Source of the DNA: an uncultured Chloroflexia bacterium | GTDB lineage: Bacteria; Chloroflexota; Limnocylindria; Limnocylindrales; CSP1-4 | Direction: 5' to 3' | Length of the DNA: 64,000 bases | Assembly (NCBI GenBank): GCA_963766735.1 | Contig: CAVYBU010000002.1 | Coordinates: 64,001 to 128,000, forward strand | Shown: positions 1 through 8,758 of the stretch, piece by piece | How the letters are laid out: each line of letters opens with the position of its first letter | Numbering within the stretch: the stretch's first letter is position 1 | Notes under the pieces: generated by a model | What the model saw: only the letters and a program-made list of their open reading frames with translations | Told to the model about the DNA's origin: nothing | The model's database searches: none | Program-made: the position numbers and the translations under genes

Positions 1-2
1 GC

Positions 3-209
3 GAGTACGTCGGGGCGCGCGAGGGGCTGGGGATCTGGATGCAGATCTCCGCCAACGCGTTCCGGACGGACCTCGTGTTCGCGGCGGTCGTGGTGACATC
101 CGCGCTGTCGCTGGTCCTGTACTGGGCCGTGGGGGCGCTCCGGCGGATCGTGGTTCCCTGGGCGCCGGGCGTCCGGCACGAGAGGGCGGTGAGCTCGGAG
201 CCGTTCTGA
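3..209 (+). CDS. ABC transporter permease, NitT/TauT family, C-terminal fragment
   Basis: Frame from base 3 reads EYVGAREGLGIWMQISANAFRTDLVFAAVVVTSALSLVLYWAV...EPF*, a typical end of SsuC/TauC-type permeases. Truncated by the window start. Confidence 0.75.
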   Translation, partial: EYVGAREGLGIWMQISANAFRTDLVFAAVVVTSALSLVLYWAVGALRRIVVPWAPGVRHERAVSSEPF

Positions 210-324
210 GGCGGCGGAGTGCGCCACGCCATGCCGTGAGATCATCGGCGCCAGTCGGGGGTTGTGCAGACCACGGAGAGCCCCCAGGCCCAGCAACCAG
301 CGTGCAGTGCGGCGAGGTGCGACG

Positions 325-1638
325 GTGGCGGACGCCCGGACGATCGTGTTCTTCCCGGAGGGCGCCTACGGCCCGACGAACAACTGCGCCGGCATCGGCA
401 GCGTCCTGCGCGCCCGCGGCCATCGGGTCGTGTTCATCCTGGAGGAGAGCTTCGCCGGCAGTCTCGAGGCCAGGGGTTTCGAGGAGCGGCTGATGCGCCT
501 CGGCCCGCCGCCCGCGGTGCCGGAGGTTCCCGGCCAGTTCTGGATCGACTTCATCCGGGACACGGCGCCGGTGTTCCGCAAACCCACCATCGATCAGCTG
601 GGCGAGTTCATCGCGCCCACATTCGAGGCCCTCATCGACGGTTCGAAGTACGTCAACCCGCGCATCGAGGAGATCCTGGGGGAGCTCGAGCCGGACGCCA
701 TCGTCGAAGACAACGTGGTCAGCTTCCCGGCCGTGATGGCCGCCGGCCGTCCGTGGGTCCGCCTCCTGTCCTGCAATCCGGCCGAGGTCAAGGACCCGCT
801 CGTGGCGCCGTTCTCGTCCGGCTACCCTGCGGCGGACAGGAGCGCATGGCCCGCCTTCCTGGACGAGGTGCGCCGGACCCACGACGACATGTGGTCCGAC
901 TTCGACGCGTTCTGCCGCGAACACGGCGCGGGTGGCCTGACGTGGGGTGCCAGCGGCCCGGACTTCATGCACGAGTCGCCCTGGCTGAACCTCTACTCCT
1001 ACCCTGCGGAGGTCGACTATGCCCGCGCGAGCCCGCTGCCACTCACCTGGCACCAGCTCGACTCCACGGTCCGCGCCGCCGACACGACCTGGACCCTGCC
1101 GGAGCCGCTCGCGAGTCGTCCCGGGGCGCTCGTCTACCTGTCCCTCGGCTCGCTCGGCGCCGCGGACGTCGGCCTGATGCAGCGCCTCGTGGACGTCCTG
1201 GGCAGGACGGACCACCGGGTCATCGTGTCCATGGGCCCGCTCGCAGACCAGATCCGGCTCCACGACAACATGACCGGCGAGGGCTTCCTGCCGCAGCCCG
1301 CGATCCTGCCCATGGTCGACCTCGTGATCACGCACGGAGGCAACAACACCGTGGTCGAGTGCTTCCACCACGGCAAGCCGATGATCGTGCTGCCGCTGTT
1401 CTGGGACCAGGTGGACAACGCCCAGCGCGTGGACGAGACGGGCTTCGGACGGCGGCTGGCGACCTACGACTTCGCGGAGGACGAGCTGACGGGCGCGATC
1501 GATGCGCTTCTGGCCGATACGGGCCTGCGGGCAAGGATGGCGACGATCGCGGCCCGGATGCAGGCGTCCAAGGGGACCGAGCGCGCCGCGGACCTGATCG
1601 AGCAAGTGGCGATCACCGGGGCGCCGGTGATGTCGTGA
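325..1638 (+). CDS. GT1-family (MGT/UGT-like) glycosyltransferase
   Basis: GTG 325 after GAGGTG. N-terminal FFPEGAYGP...RGHRV and the C-terminal UDP-sugar signature FLPQ...VITHGGNNT...PLFWDQ. Confidence 0.85.
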   Translation: MADARTIVFFPEGAYGPTNNCAGIGSVLRARGHRVVFILEESFAGSLEARGFEERLMRLGPPPAVPEVPGQFWIDFIRDTAPVFRKPTIDQLGEFIAPTFEALIDGSKYVNPRIEEILGELEPDAIVEDNVVSFPAVMAAGRPWVRLLSCNPAEVKDPLVAPFSSGYPAADRSAWPAFLDEVRRTHDDMWSDFDAFCREHGAGGLTWGASGPDFMHESPWLNLYSYPAEVDYARASPLPLTWHQLDSTVRAADTTWTLPEPLASRPGALVYLSLGSLGAADVGLMQRLVDVLGRTDHRVIVSMGPLADQIRLHDNMTGEGFLPQPAILPMVDLVITHGGNNTVVECFHHGKPMIVLPLFWDQVDNAQRVDETGFGRRLATYDFAEDELTGAIDALLADTGLRARMATIAARMQASKGTERAADLIEQVAITGAPVMS

Positions 1639-1669
1639 GGCATGTTCCGAGCGCCACGGGCGCCTGACG

Positions 1670-3142
1670 ATGGACCTCCCGAGGGCAGACGTCGCGGCTG
1701 CCGTTCGCGCCCTCGACCCTTCGGACATTGCCGCCCGTCGATGGTTCCTCCAGAAGGGTGAGGTGCCCACCTCCGCGCGCCTTGCCCACGCGTTCTCCCT
1801 CTCGGGCTCGGCCGTGATCGCGCTGGTGGACCTGCGGATGGGCGAGGGGAGCGGCCGGCAGGAGCGCTATGCGATCCCGTTCGTCCGCGACCAGGCCAGT
1901 GGCACCTTCCGCGAGGCGGTCGAGGGTGACGGGGCCTGGCGGGCGCTTGCGGTGGCGATCGCGGAGGGCCGGACGATCCCGGCGCTCCCCCGAGAACCAG
2001 GAGCCGACCCCACCCATGTCGAGGCGGCCCTGATCTGCCGGCCCTCGCCGGGCTTCGCAGCCTCGTGGGCGGGGACGGCGGCGGATCTTGGCGTGGCCGA
2101 CGAGCGCGCTCTCGGCCGCGACCAGTCCAACACCTCGGTGGTGCTGGGCGACGCGCTGCTGCTCAAGGGCTACCGCCGCATCCAGCCGGGTCTCAATCCG
2201 GACCTGGAGCTCACCGCGTACCTCTCGGAGGAGGCCCTGTTCCCCGGCGTCCCGCGCCTCGCCGGCTGGGCGGATGCCGTCACCCGTGACGGCGGTGCCG
2301 CGACTGTGGCCATGCTGGGGGCGTTCATCGCGGACGCGGACGACCTGTACGAGAGCATCGCGGAGCGCCTGGCGATGCTGGTCGCGGCGCTGCACGCGGT
2401 GGACCTGGAGGCTGCCACGGAGGTCGCGGAGGACCTCGGCACGCTCGTGGCCGGCCTCCACGCGGCCCTTGCCTCGCCGCCCGCGGACGCGCCGGACCTT
2501 GCCCCGCGACCCGCCACCCACGATGAGCTCAAGGCCTGGCGTCTGGATGCCCACCGCCAGCTGAACCGCGCCATTCCCGCGGTCGACGCCGTGGATGCCC
2601 AGACCGCCACGGAGCTCCGCCTCGAATCGGCAGCAATCGCCGCCCGCGCCTCGCGCTTCGAGGCCGTGGCGAGCGCCCCGCTGGTCATGAGGATCCACGC
2701 GGACCTGCACCTCGGACAGGTTCTCGTGAGCGAGGACGGCTATCGCATCGTCGACTTCGAGGGCGAGCCGCTGCGGCCCGTCGAGGACCGGCGGCGCCTC
2801 GAGTCCCCGCTGCGGGACGTGGCCTCGATGCTCCGCTCGCTGGATCACGTGGCACGAAGCGCGCGGCGCCGCGCCGAGCGGCGGAACGGCGGCCCGCTGG
2901 AGCGGCCGGGGCTGGACATGGACGCCTGGATCGAGCGGGCGCGCGAACGGTTCCTGGGCGCCTACGCGAAGGGCCTGCACCGGGCCGGCTCACCGATCAT
3001 CCTCGACCTCGACCTCCTCGATGCGTTCGAGGTGGTCAAGGAGACGCACGAGTTCGTCTATGCGGCGGCTGTGCTGCCCTCCTGGCTGTGGGCCCCGCGG
3101 GAGGGGATGCGATGGCTGCTGGCACACGGGGAGGACCGATGA
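1670..3142 (+). CDS. Maltokinase-related sugar kinase, probably glucosamine kinase type
   Basis: DQSNTSVV, RIHADLHLGQVL, VDFEGEP and PLRDVASMLRS motifs of the Mak/Pep2 phosphotransferase fold; C-terminal EFVYAAAVLPSW. Confidence 0.8.
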   Translation: MDLPRADVAAAVRALDPSDIAARRWFLQKGEVPTSARLAHAFSLSGSAVIALVDLRMGEGSGRQERYAIPFVRDQASGTFREAVEGDGAWRALAVAIAEGRTIPALPREPGADPTHVEAALICRPSPGFAASWAGTAADLGVADERALGRDQSNTSVVLGDALLLKGYRRIQPGLNPDLELTAYLSEEALFPGVPRLAGWADAVTRDGGAATVAMLGAFIADADDLYESIAERLAMLVAALHAVDLEAATEVAEDLGTLVAGLHAALASPPADAPDLAPRPATHDELKAWRLDAHRQLNRAIPAVDAVDAQTATELRLESAAIAARASRFEAVASAPLVMRIHADLHLGQVLVSEDGYRIVDFEGEPLRPVEDRRRLESPLRDVASMLRSLDHVARSARRRAERRNGGPLERPGLDMDAWIERARERFLGAYAKGLHRAGSPIILDLDLLDAFEVVKETHEFVYAAAVLPSWLWAPREGMRWLLAHGEDR

Positions 3143-4149
3143 ACGACCCGGTCGCAGATCGTGTCGAGGCGTTCCTCTCCGACATCATCGCCGCCCCCGC
3201 GGAGCTGGCCGTCGTCCTGGAGGCCCAGCGCGCTGCCATCCACGACATTCCGCTCGGTGTCACGGCGCGTCCCTCGTGGCGCTTCATCGGAATGGGCAGC
3301 TCGCGGTTCGCTGCTCTCGATGCCGCCGCACGGCTCCGGGCGGTCGGACGGGATGCCCACGCGGAGGCGGCGTCGGCCTCGGGCGGGTCGCCGGGTGGCC
3401 GGGACGTGCTGGTCCTGGCGATCTCTGCATCCGGGCGCACTCGGGAAGTGCTCGACGCGGCGGAGCGGCACCGGGCGTCGTCGTTCGTGCTGGGGCTGAC
3501 GGCGATGTCTGAGTCCCCGCTGGCAGGTGCGGCGGGCGCCGTGGTGCCGCTGCAGGGCGCCCGCGCCGAGACGGCGGGGATCGCATGCCTCACGTACCGC
3601 GGGACCGTGGCGGCGCTGGCCCTGATGGCCGCGGAGGCAGAGCCGGAGCTGGAGGCCGGCGGGATCGCCGGAGCCGCGCCATCTCTGGCGGCGCTGATCG
3701 ACGGGCGCGCCACATGGCTGGACGCCGCCGCGGACATTCTCGACACCGGCCGTGGTATCCACGTCCTTGGCGACGGGCTCCGCGCCGGCACGCTGGAGCA
3801 GGCGGCGCTCATGTTCCGCGAGGCGCCGCGCATCGAGGCCCTGCCGTTCGACACCGGGGACTGGCTGCACGCCGGCCTGTACACGCTGTTCCCGGGCGAT
3901 GCCGTCCTGCTGCTCACGGGCTCGCCCGCGGACGAGGAGGCTGTCGCGATGATCCGCGCCCGGGGTGGTTCGATCGTCTCCGTGGGTGCACCGCGATCCG
4001 ACACGGACGTGTCCGTCGCCCTGCCCGACGCAGCCCTGGCGGATCCGGTGATCCGGGCACTGGTGGAGCCGGCCGTGCCCGAGCTGATCGCGGCGGAGCT
4101 GTGGCGCCGGGTCGGGGCCCGCATGATCCGGGAGTTCCGGTCGACCTGA
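3139..4149 (+). CDS. SIS-domain sugar-phosphate isomerase/deaminase-like protein
   Basis: ATGA overlap with the kinase. IGMGSSRFAA and AISASGRTREV are GlmS/FrlB-type SIS motifs, and there are two SIS domains. Confidence 0.8.
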   Translation: MNDPVADRVEAFLSDIIAAPAELAVVLEAQRAAIHDIPLGVTARPSWRFIGMGSSRFAALDAAARLRAVGRDAHAEAASASGGSPGGRDVLVLAISASGRTREVLDAAERHRASSFVLGLTAMSESPLAGAAGAVVPLQGARAETAGIACLTYRGTVAALALMAAEAEPELEAGGIAGAAPSLAALIDGRATWLDAAADILDTGRGIHVLGDGLRAGTLEQAALMFREAPRIEALPFDTGDWLHAGLYTLFPGDAVLLLTGSPADEEAVAMIRARGGSIVSVGAPRSDTDVSVALPDAALADPVIRALVEPAVPELIAAELWRRVGARMIREFRST

Positions 4150-4202
4150 CGCCACGTCCGCCGGCCGTTTGGCCCGATCGGAGGGGTCCGGGCCGCCGTC
4201 CG

Positions 4203-6146
4203 CTACGCGATGCCCAGCAGCCTTGCCAGCACCGCGCCCACGCCCAGTGCCAGCGCGAGGGACGCGGCGGAGATCAGGAGCGCCGCGCGCCCGCCGAGCT
4301 CGCTGCGCAGGGCCGCCAGCGTCGCGATGCACGGGATCGACAGGCTGGCGACGACCGCGTACACGAACAGCTGGGCCGGCGAGAGCAGTTCGCCGAGGCC
4401 CGCCCGGTGCCCGAGCGACACCGCCGCGAACACGAGCAGCAGCTGCAGGGCCAGCTCCTTGCGCAGAAACGCGAACACGATCGCGACGCCCGCGATTGCC
4501 GGCAGCCCCAGGAGCCCCTCCGTGGCCGGACCCGTGGCGTCGGCGATGACCGTCCACGCCCCCGTCTCGTAGATGAGCCCAAGTACCAACGAGCCGGCGA
4601 GCATGATCGGCGTTGCAGTGACGACGAAGCCCCGGAAGCGCCACCAGGCCTTGGCGCCGACGTGCCGCGCGACCGGCATGCGGAGCGGAGCCAGCTCCAG
4701 GACCAGCGCCGGCTGGCGGCCGGGGACCAGGGCGTTGGCCCCGAGGCCGGCGGCGATCGTCGCCGCTGCAACCACGCCGAAGGCCGCGATCGCCACGGGC
4801 ACGCCCGCGAACGGAGCAAGCGCGGCGATCACGACCGCGGAGCGCGCGGAGCAGGGCGTAAGGGTGATCAGGAACGAGGCCAGGACCCGCTCCCGTCGGG
4901 TCCGCAGCACGCGGGTCCCGTAGATTGCGGGGACGTTGCAGCCGGCCGCGGCGAGGAGTGGGATTGCGGCCCGTCCGGGCAGGCCGAGCACTCCGAACAC
5001 GCGGTCCATGAGGACCGCCGCGCTGGTGAGGTACCCCGAGTCCTCGAGGGCGGCAAGCAGCAGGTAGAACGTCAGGACGTACGGGATACCGACGGCGAGC
5101 ATGCCCAGCATCCCGCCGTCGAGTGCCCAGAGAAGCGAGGACGACAGGATCGGCACGGGTACGAGGGTGGGAATGGCCGCCAGGAGGATCGGGGAGACGA
5201 CGGCGGCCCAGGCGGCGCTCAGCGCCCCGGCTAGCCAGCCACCCGCGAGGATCACCGCCAGGAACGCCGCAAGGCTGATGCCGAGGAACAACGGGATCCC
5301 GGGCCAGGGCGCCGTGGACCACCGTCCGAACCGGTCCGCGAGCGGCTCGGACACGTCCCGGTGCCGTTCGACGTCCGCGGACCATGCCGCGGCGATCGTC
5401 CAGCGCAGCGGCTCCAGCTCCCGGGCGTGCCGTAGCGTCGCCGCGCCACGACCGGAGACCAGGCCGGAGAGCACACCTGCCTGCAGCGGCTCTGCGACGG
5501 CGGCTGCGCCGAGCGAGCGCGGCGGTTCGGCGAGGTCGGCGGCAGTCTCCCGCAGCAGCTGCTCGATTGACCACGAGTAGACCGGAGCCGGGACGGTGGA
5601 TCGCGGCGAGGATGCGCCCTTGCGGACGGCTACTCGCGTCCGCGCCAGGCGGACCACATCGGCCAGAGCCGCATCCACGCCCTCGCCCGTGCGGCCGCAG
5701 GTCGCGTGGACCCGGGCGTTGAGCAGCTGCCCGAGGCGTCCGGTGTCGACCGTGACCCCGCGCTTGTCCGCCTCGTCGGCCAGGTTGGCGGCCAGGACCA
5801 CCGGCAGCCCGAGGTCTCGGCAGGCGAGTGCGAGGGGGAGGTGCCGCTCCAGGTGTCCCGAGTCCGCGACGACGAGGATCGCGTCCGGGGCGGCCTCCAG
5901 CACGAGCTTCCAGAACGGCTCGTTGCCGGCAGGCCGGTCGTCCATGGCGCGGGTCCCCGGGAGGTCGACGAGCCAGGCATCACCGGAGCCCGTCTGCACC
6001 CGCCGTCGCTCGAGTGCAACCGTTGTGCCGGGAGCATTGGCGGTCTCAACGAAGCGCCCGCTGGCCTGCGCCAGGAACGTGGACTTGCCGACGTTGGGGC
6101 GGCCGACAAGGGCGACAACGGGAAGGTCGTCGTCCCGGGCGGACAT
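4203..6146 (-). CDS. feoB: Ferrous iron transport protein B
   Basis: G1 GRPNVGKS, DLPG, NLADE, then a membrane domain with LEDSGY, GCNVPA, PCSAR and FLRKE. Confidence 0.93.
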   Translation of the reverse strand: MSARDDDLPVVALVGRPNVGKSTFLAQASGRFVETANAPGTTVALERRRVQTGSGDAWLVDLPGTRAMDDRPAGNEPFWKLVLEAAPDAILVVADSGHLERHLPLALACRDLGLPVVLAANLADEADKRGVTVDTGRLGQLLNARVHATCGRTGEGVDAALADVVRLARTRVAVRKGASSPRSTVPAPVYSWSIEQLLRETAADLAEPPRSLGAAAVAEPLQAGVLSGLVSGRGAATLRHARELEPLRWTIAAAWSADVERHRDVSEPLADRFGRWSTAPWPGIPLFLGISLAAFLAVILAGGWLAGALSAAWAAVVSPILLAAIPTLVPVPILSSSLLWALDGGMLGMLAVGIPYVLTFYLLLAALEDSGYLTSAAVLMDRVFGVLGLPGRAAIPLLAAAGCNVPAIYGTRVLRTRRERVLASFLITLTPCSARSAVVIAALAPFAGVPVAIAAFGVVAAATIAAGLGANALVPGRQPALVLELAPLRMPVARHVGAKAWWRFRGFVVTATPIMLAGSLVLGLIYETGAWTVIADATGPATEGLLGLPAIAGVAIVFAFLRKELALQLLLVFAAVSLGHRAGLGELLSPAQLFVYAVVASLSIPCIATLAALRSELGGRAALLISAASLALALGVGAVLARLLGIA

Positions 6147-6403
6147 CACGGGACCTCCGCCGTGGTCGAAACGCGCTGGGCGACGTCCATCGAGAGGGCG
6201 AGCCGGGTCCGTCCCAGCTCGACGATGATGGGCCCGCCCAGCGGTGTCCGAGTCCGTACGACCACGACGCTGCCGGGCAGGAGGCCCTCTTGCTCCAGCT
6301 CGTCCCGCGACGAACCAGACAGGGAGACGATGACCCGGCGCTCACCCGCGAGGACGCGCGAGAGCGGGACGGGGGCGGCGACGGGACGGGTCGTCTGGGA
6401 CAT
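6146..6403 (-). CDS. feoA: Ferrous iron transport protein A
   Basis: 85 aa with the GLLPG...TPLGGPIIV...LALS SH3-like pattern; coupled to feoB by a TGATG overlap. Confidence 0.88.
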   Translation of the reverse strand: MSQTTRPVAAPVPLSRVLAGERRVIVSLSGSSRDELEQEGLLPGSVVVVRTRTPLGGPIIVELGRTRLALSMDVAQRVSTTAEVP

Positions 6404-6437
6404 CGACGCCAGTAGGCCGTATCAAGGCTCCTTGACA

Positions 6438-6458
6438 ACAGGGACCAAGGGTCCCTGT
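6438..6458. promoter_or_regulatory. Perfect 9-3-9 inverted repeat, candidate operator upstream of feoA
   Basis: ACAGGGACC-AAG-GGTCCCTGT abutting TTGACA (6432-6437), about 35 nt upstream of the feoA start. Confidence 0.55.
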
Positions 6459-6654
6459 GTTGAGTGACCGATGTCCCGGACCGCCTGGGCCGCGGTGCCT
6501 GCGTGCAACGGCGAATCTGGGTACGACGCCGCGAAATACCAAGGTTCCGGCCCCCCTGGCACCGGGCCGGCGTCGTCTGGGTAGGGCCGCCGCCGGGCCA
6601 TTTGGGTCCCAAGCCGGGCCGGTCGGCCCTGCCGGGAGCCCCGCGATCCGGGCG

Positions 6655-6700
6655 TAGGATGCGGTAGCTTCGAGTTGGTTTGGTAGGTTTGGGAGGTTTC
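6655..6700 (+). promoter_or_regulatory. Putative -10 (TAGGAT) followed by 9-bp tandem direct repeats
   Basis: TAGGAT 6655-6660, then GTAGCTTCG-A-GTTGGTTTG-GTAGGTTTG-GGAGGTTTC, immediately before the HTH gene. Confidence 0.55.
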
Positions 6701-6708
6701 GAGCGGCA

Positions 6709-7401
6709 ATGCCGGCACGTGCAAGCGTGAATGACCCCGGGTGGGTGACGCTCACCGAGGCCTGCCGCATGCTCGGCGTCTCTCCCTCCACCGTCCGTCG
6801 CTGGGCCGACAGTGGCATGGTCCGGACCTTTGTCACACCCGGTGGTCACCGCCGCTTCTCCCGGGCAGGCCTCGAGGCCCTCCTGCCGGACCGCCCAACC
6901 GGTCGCCCGTCCCTGTCGGACCTTGGGGAGACCCCGGGTCGCATGGCCCGCGGGTACCGCCGCGAGACCGACGAGACGACCGGTCATCTCCCGTGGATCG
7001 AGGAGCTTGACGACGCACGTCGCGAGCACTTCCGCAACCACGGGCGGGGGATCGTCACGGCATTGCTCGAGGCGCTGGACACCGACGATCCAGACCTCCG
7101 CGCCGACCTCCTTCATTCCGCCGAGGGATCCTGCACCGAGTACGGCCAGTTCGCCGGTCGAGAGGGCCTCCCGTCCTCCGTCACCGCGGACCTCTTCCTG
7201 CGTTTCCGCCGCCCGTTCCTCGCCGAGCTCGGCGCCCTCGCCCGGCGCCGCGAGCTCGACGCCTCCGCCACGTCCACACTGATCGCCGAGGCCAACACGG
7301 CTCTCGACGGCCTCCTCCTGGCGACGCTCCGCGGCTGGGAGGCCGCGGCACCGGGAGCCGGCCGCCGTCCGCGCCGCAAGGTCGCGTCCCCAGCGTCCTG
7401 A
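6709..7401 (+). CDS. MerR/excisionase (BldC-like) HTH regulator with C-terminal helical, globin-like (RsbRD_N-like) domain
   Basis: WVTLTEACRMLGVSPSTVRRWADSG...TPGGHRRF HTH. C-terminal YGQFAGREGL...FLRFRR...NTALDGLL pattern; the globin-like call is inferred. Confidence 0.8.
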   Translation: MPARASVNDPGWVTLTEACRMLGVSPSTVRRWADSGMVRTFVTPGGHRRFSRAGLEALLPDRPTGRPSLSDLGETPGRMARGYRRETDETTGHLPWIEELDDARREHFRNHGRGIVTALLEALDTDDPDLRADLLHSAEGSCTEYGQFAGREGLPSSVTADLFLRFRRPFLAELGALARRRELDASATSTLIAEANTALDGLLLATLRGWEAAAPGAGRRPRRKVASPAS

Positions 7402-7423
7402 CCACCAACCCAGGAGCCGAATC

Positions 7424-8755
7424 GTGACCGTCCCGAACCCTGTCCGCGCCGTCAACCCCCATCATGGAGACGGGCACCCGATGACCGAGGACGGCGATCC
7501 CGCCTTCGACCTCATGCACGGGCACCCCGGTCTGCTGCCCGCCGACCTGCCGCCCGACCTGCGCCTGGTCGCCCTGGTTGTCCACGCGCGTGACGTCCCG
7601 AGCGAAGCTCGCGAGGCGTTCGGTGATGAGGCTGAGGCGATCGCGCATGACCCGCGGGCGATCCTGCTCCGAACCTGCCACCGGGTCGAGCTGTACGTGA
7701 CCGGTGAGGCTGTTGCGGGCCGGGCGCCGCTGGCGCTGCCGGCCCTGCCCGAGGGTGGACGGCGTCTCGAGGGCGCCGATGCAGCACGTCACGTGCTCAT
7801 GGTGGCAGCCGGACTCGACAGCGTGGTCGTGGGCGAGGACCAGGTCCTCCACCAGCTCCGCGAGTGCGTCGCCGATCGGCATCTGCCGGAGGCCGGCAGA
7901 TGCCCGGTCGACGTGGGGTCCTCGAGCCCGCAGGCGCCCGTGCTGGAGCCGCTGCTCGAGCGGCTGCTCCAGGTCGCGCTCCACCTGGGGCGCGAGACGC
8001 GATCGTGGCGCGACGGCCCGCCGCGCTCGTTGGGCGACGTTGCGCTCGACCGGATCCTGCCTGTCACGGGACCGCTCCTGGGGCGCCGGGTGCTCGTCGT
8101 CGGCGCCGGCCGCATGGCCCGCCTGGCCGCTTTGGCCGCGGCTCGGAACGGCGCCCGGGTCATGGTCGCGAACCGTGGCGCCGACCGTGCCGTCGCGCTT
8201 GCGCACGAGGCGAACGGCGAGCTCGCCCCGTTCGGCCCGGCGGCACCGCTGCCGAAGGCCGACGCCGTCATCCTCGCGATCTCCGCCACCTGGCCCCTCT
8301 CGCCGGTCGCCCGTGACGATCTGCTCGCCGGCACCTGCCCCGTGATGGATCTCTCGTCCCCGCCAGCCGTCGACCCCGACCTCCGACGAGCCCTCGCGGA
8401 GCGCTACACGTCGGTGGACGACCTCGCCCGCACCCCGCGGGGCGACATCGGCCCCCGAGCCGAGCGCCGTTACCAGCGCGCCGTCGACGCGGCGTTGACC
8501 GGTTTCAGCCACTGGGTACGTGCCCGGTCCTCGGTGCCGGTGATCCGGGCGCTGAGCGAGCTCGCCGAGGACCGTCGGGCGGAGGAGGTGGACAGGATCA
8601 TGCGGCGCCTGGACCTCCCCGAGCACCAGCGCGCCCTGGTGGTCCAGATGAGCCACCGGCTGGTCGCGGGGCTGCTCCACGCCCCCCTGGTCGCATTGCG
8701 CGAGGACACGAGCGGCCATGCCGAGCGTGCGGCGCGGTCCCTGTTCGATCTCTAG
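7424..8755 (+). CDS. hemA: Glutamyl-tRNA reductase
   Basis: TCHRVELY catalytic Cys, GLDSVVVGEDQVLHQ, VGAGRMA NADPH site, ANR; first biosynthetic gene of the hem operon. Confidence 0.88.
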   Translation: MTVPNPVRAVNPHHGDGHPMTEDGDPAFDLMHGHPGLLPADLPPDLRLVALVVHARDVPSEAREAFGDEAEAIAHDPRAILLRTCHRVELYVTGEAVAGRAPLALPALPEGGRRLEGADAARHVLMVAAGLDSVVVGEDQVLHQLRECVADRHLPEAGRCPVDVGSSSPQAPVLEPLLERLLQVALHLGRETRSWRDGPPRSLGDVALDRILPVTGPLLGRRVLVVGAGRMARLAALAAARNGARVMVANRGADRAVALAHEANGELAPFGPAAPLPKADAVILAISATWPLSPVARDDLLAGTCPVMDLSSPPAVDPDLRRALAERYTSVDDLARTPRGDIGPRAERRYQRAVDAALTGFSHWVRARSSVPVIRALSELAEDRRAEEVDRIMRRLDLPEHQRALVVQMSHRLVAGLLHAPLVALREDTSGHAERAARSLFDL

Positions 8756-8758
8756 CTG

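Noticed and set aside
210-324. Riboswitch upstream of the glycosyltransferase (GGGGG...CCCCC stem; GACTGGCG on the minus strand resembling ZTP)
   Set aside because: Other ZTP elements are missing, the orientation is wrong, and short GC stems are expected by chance.
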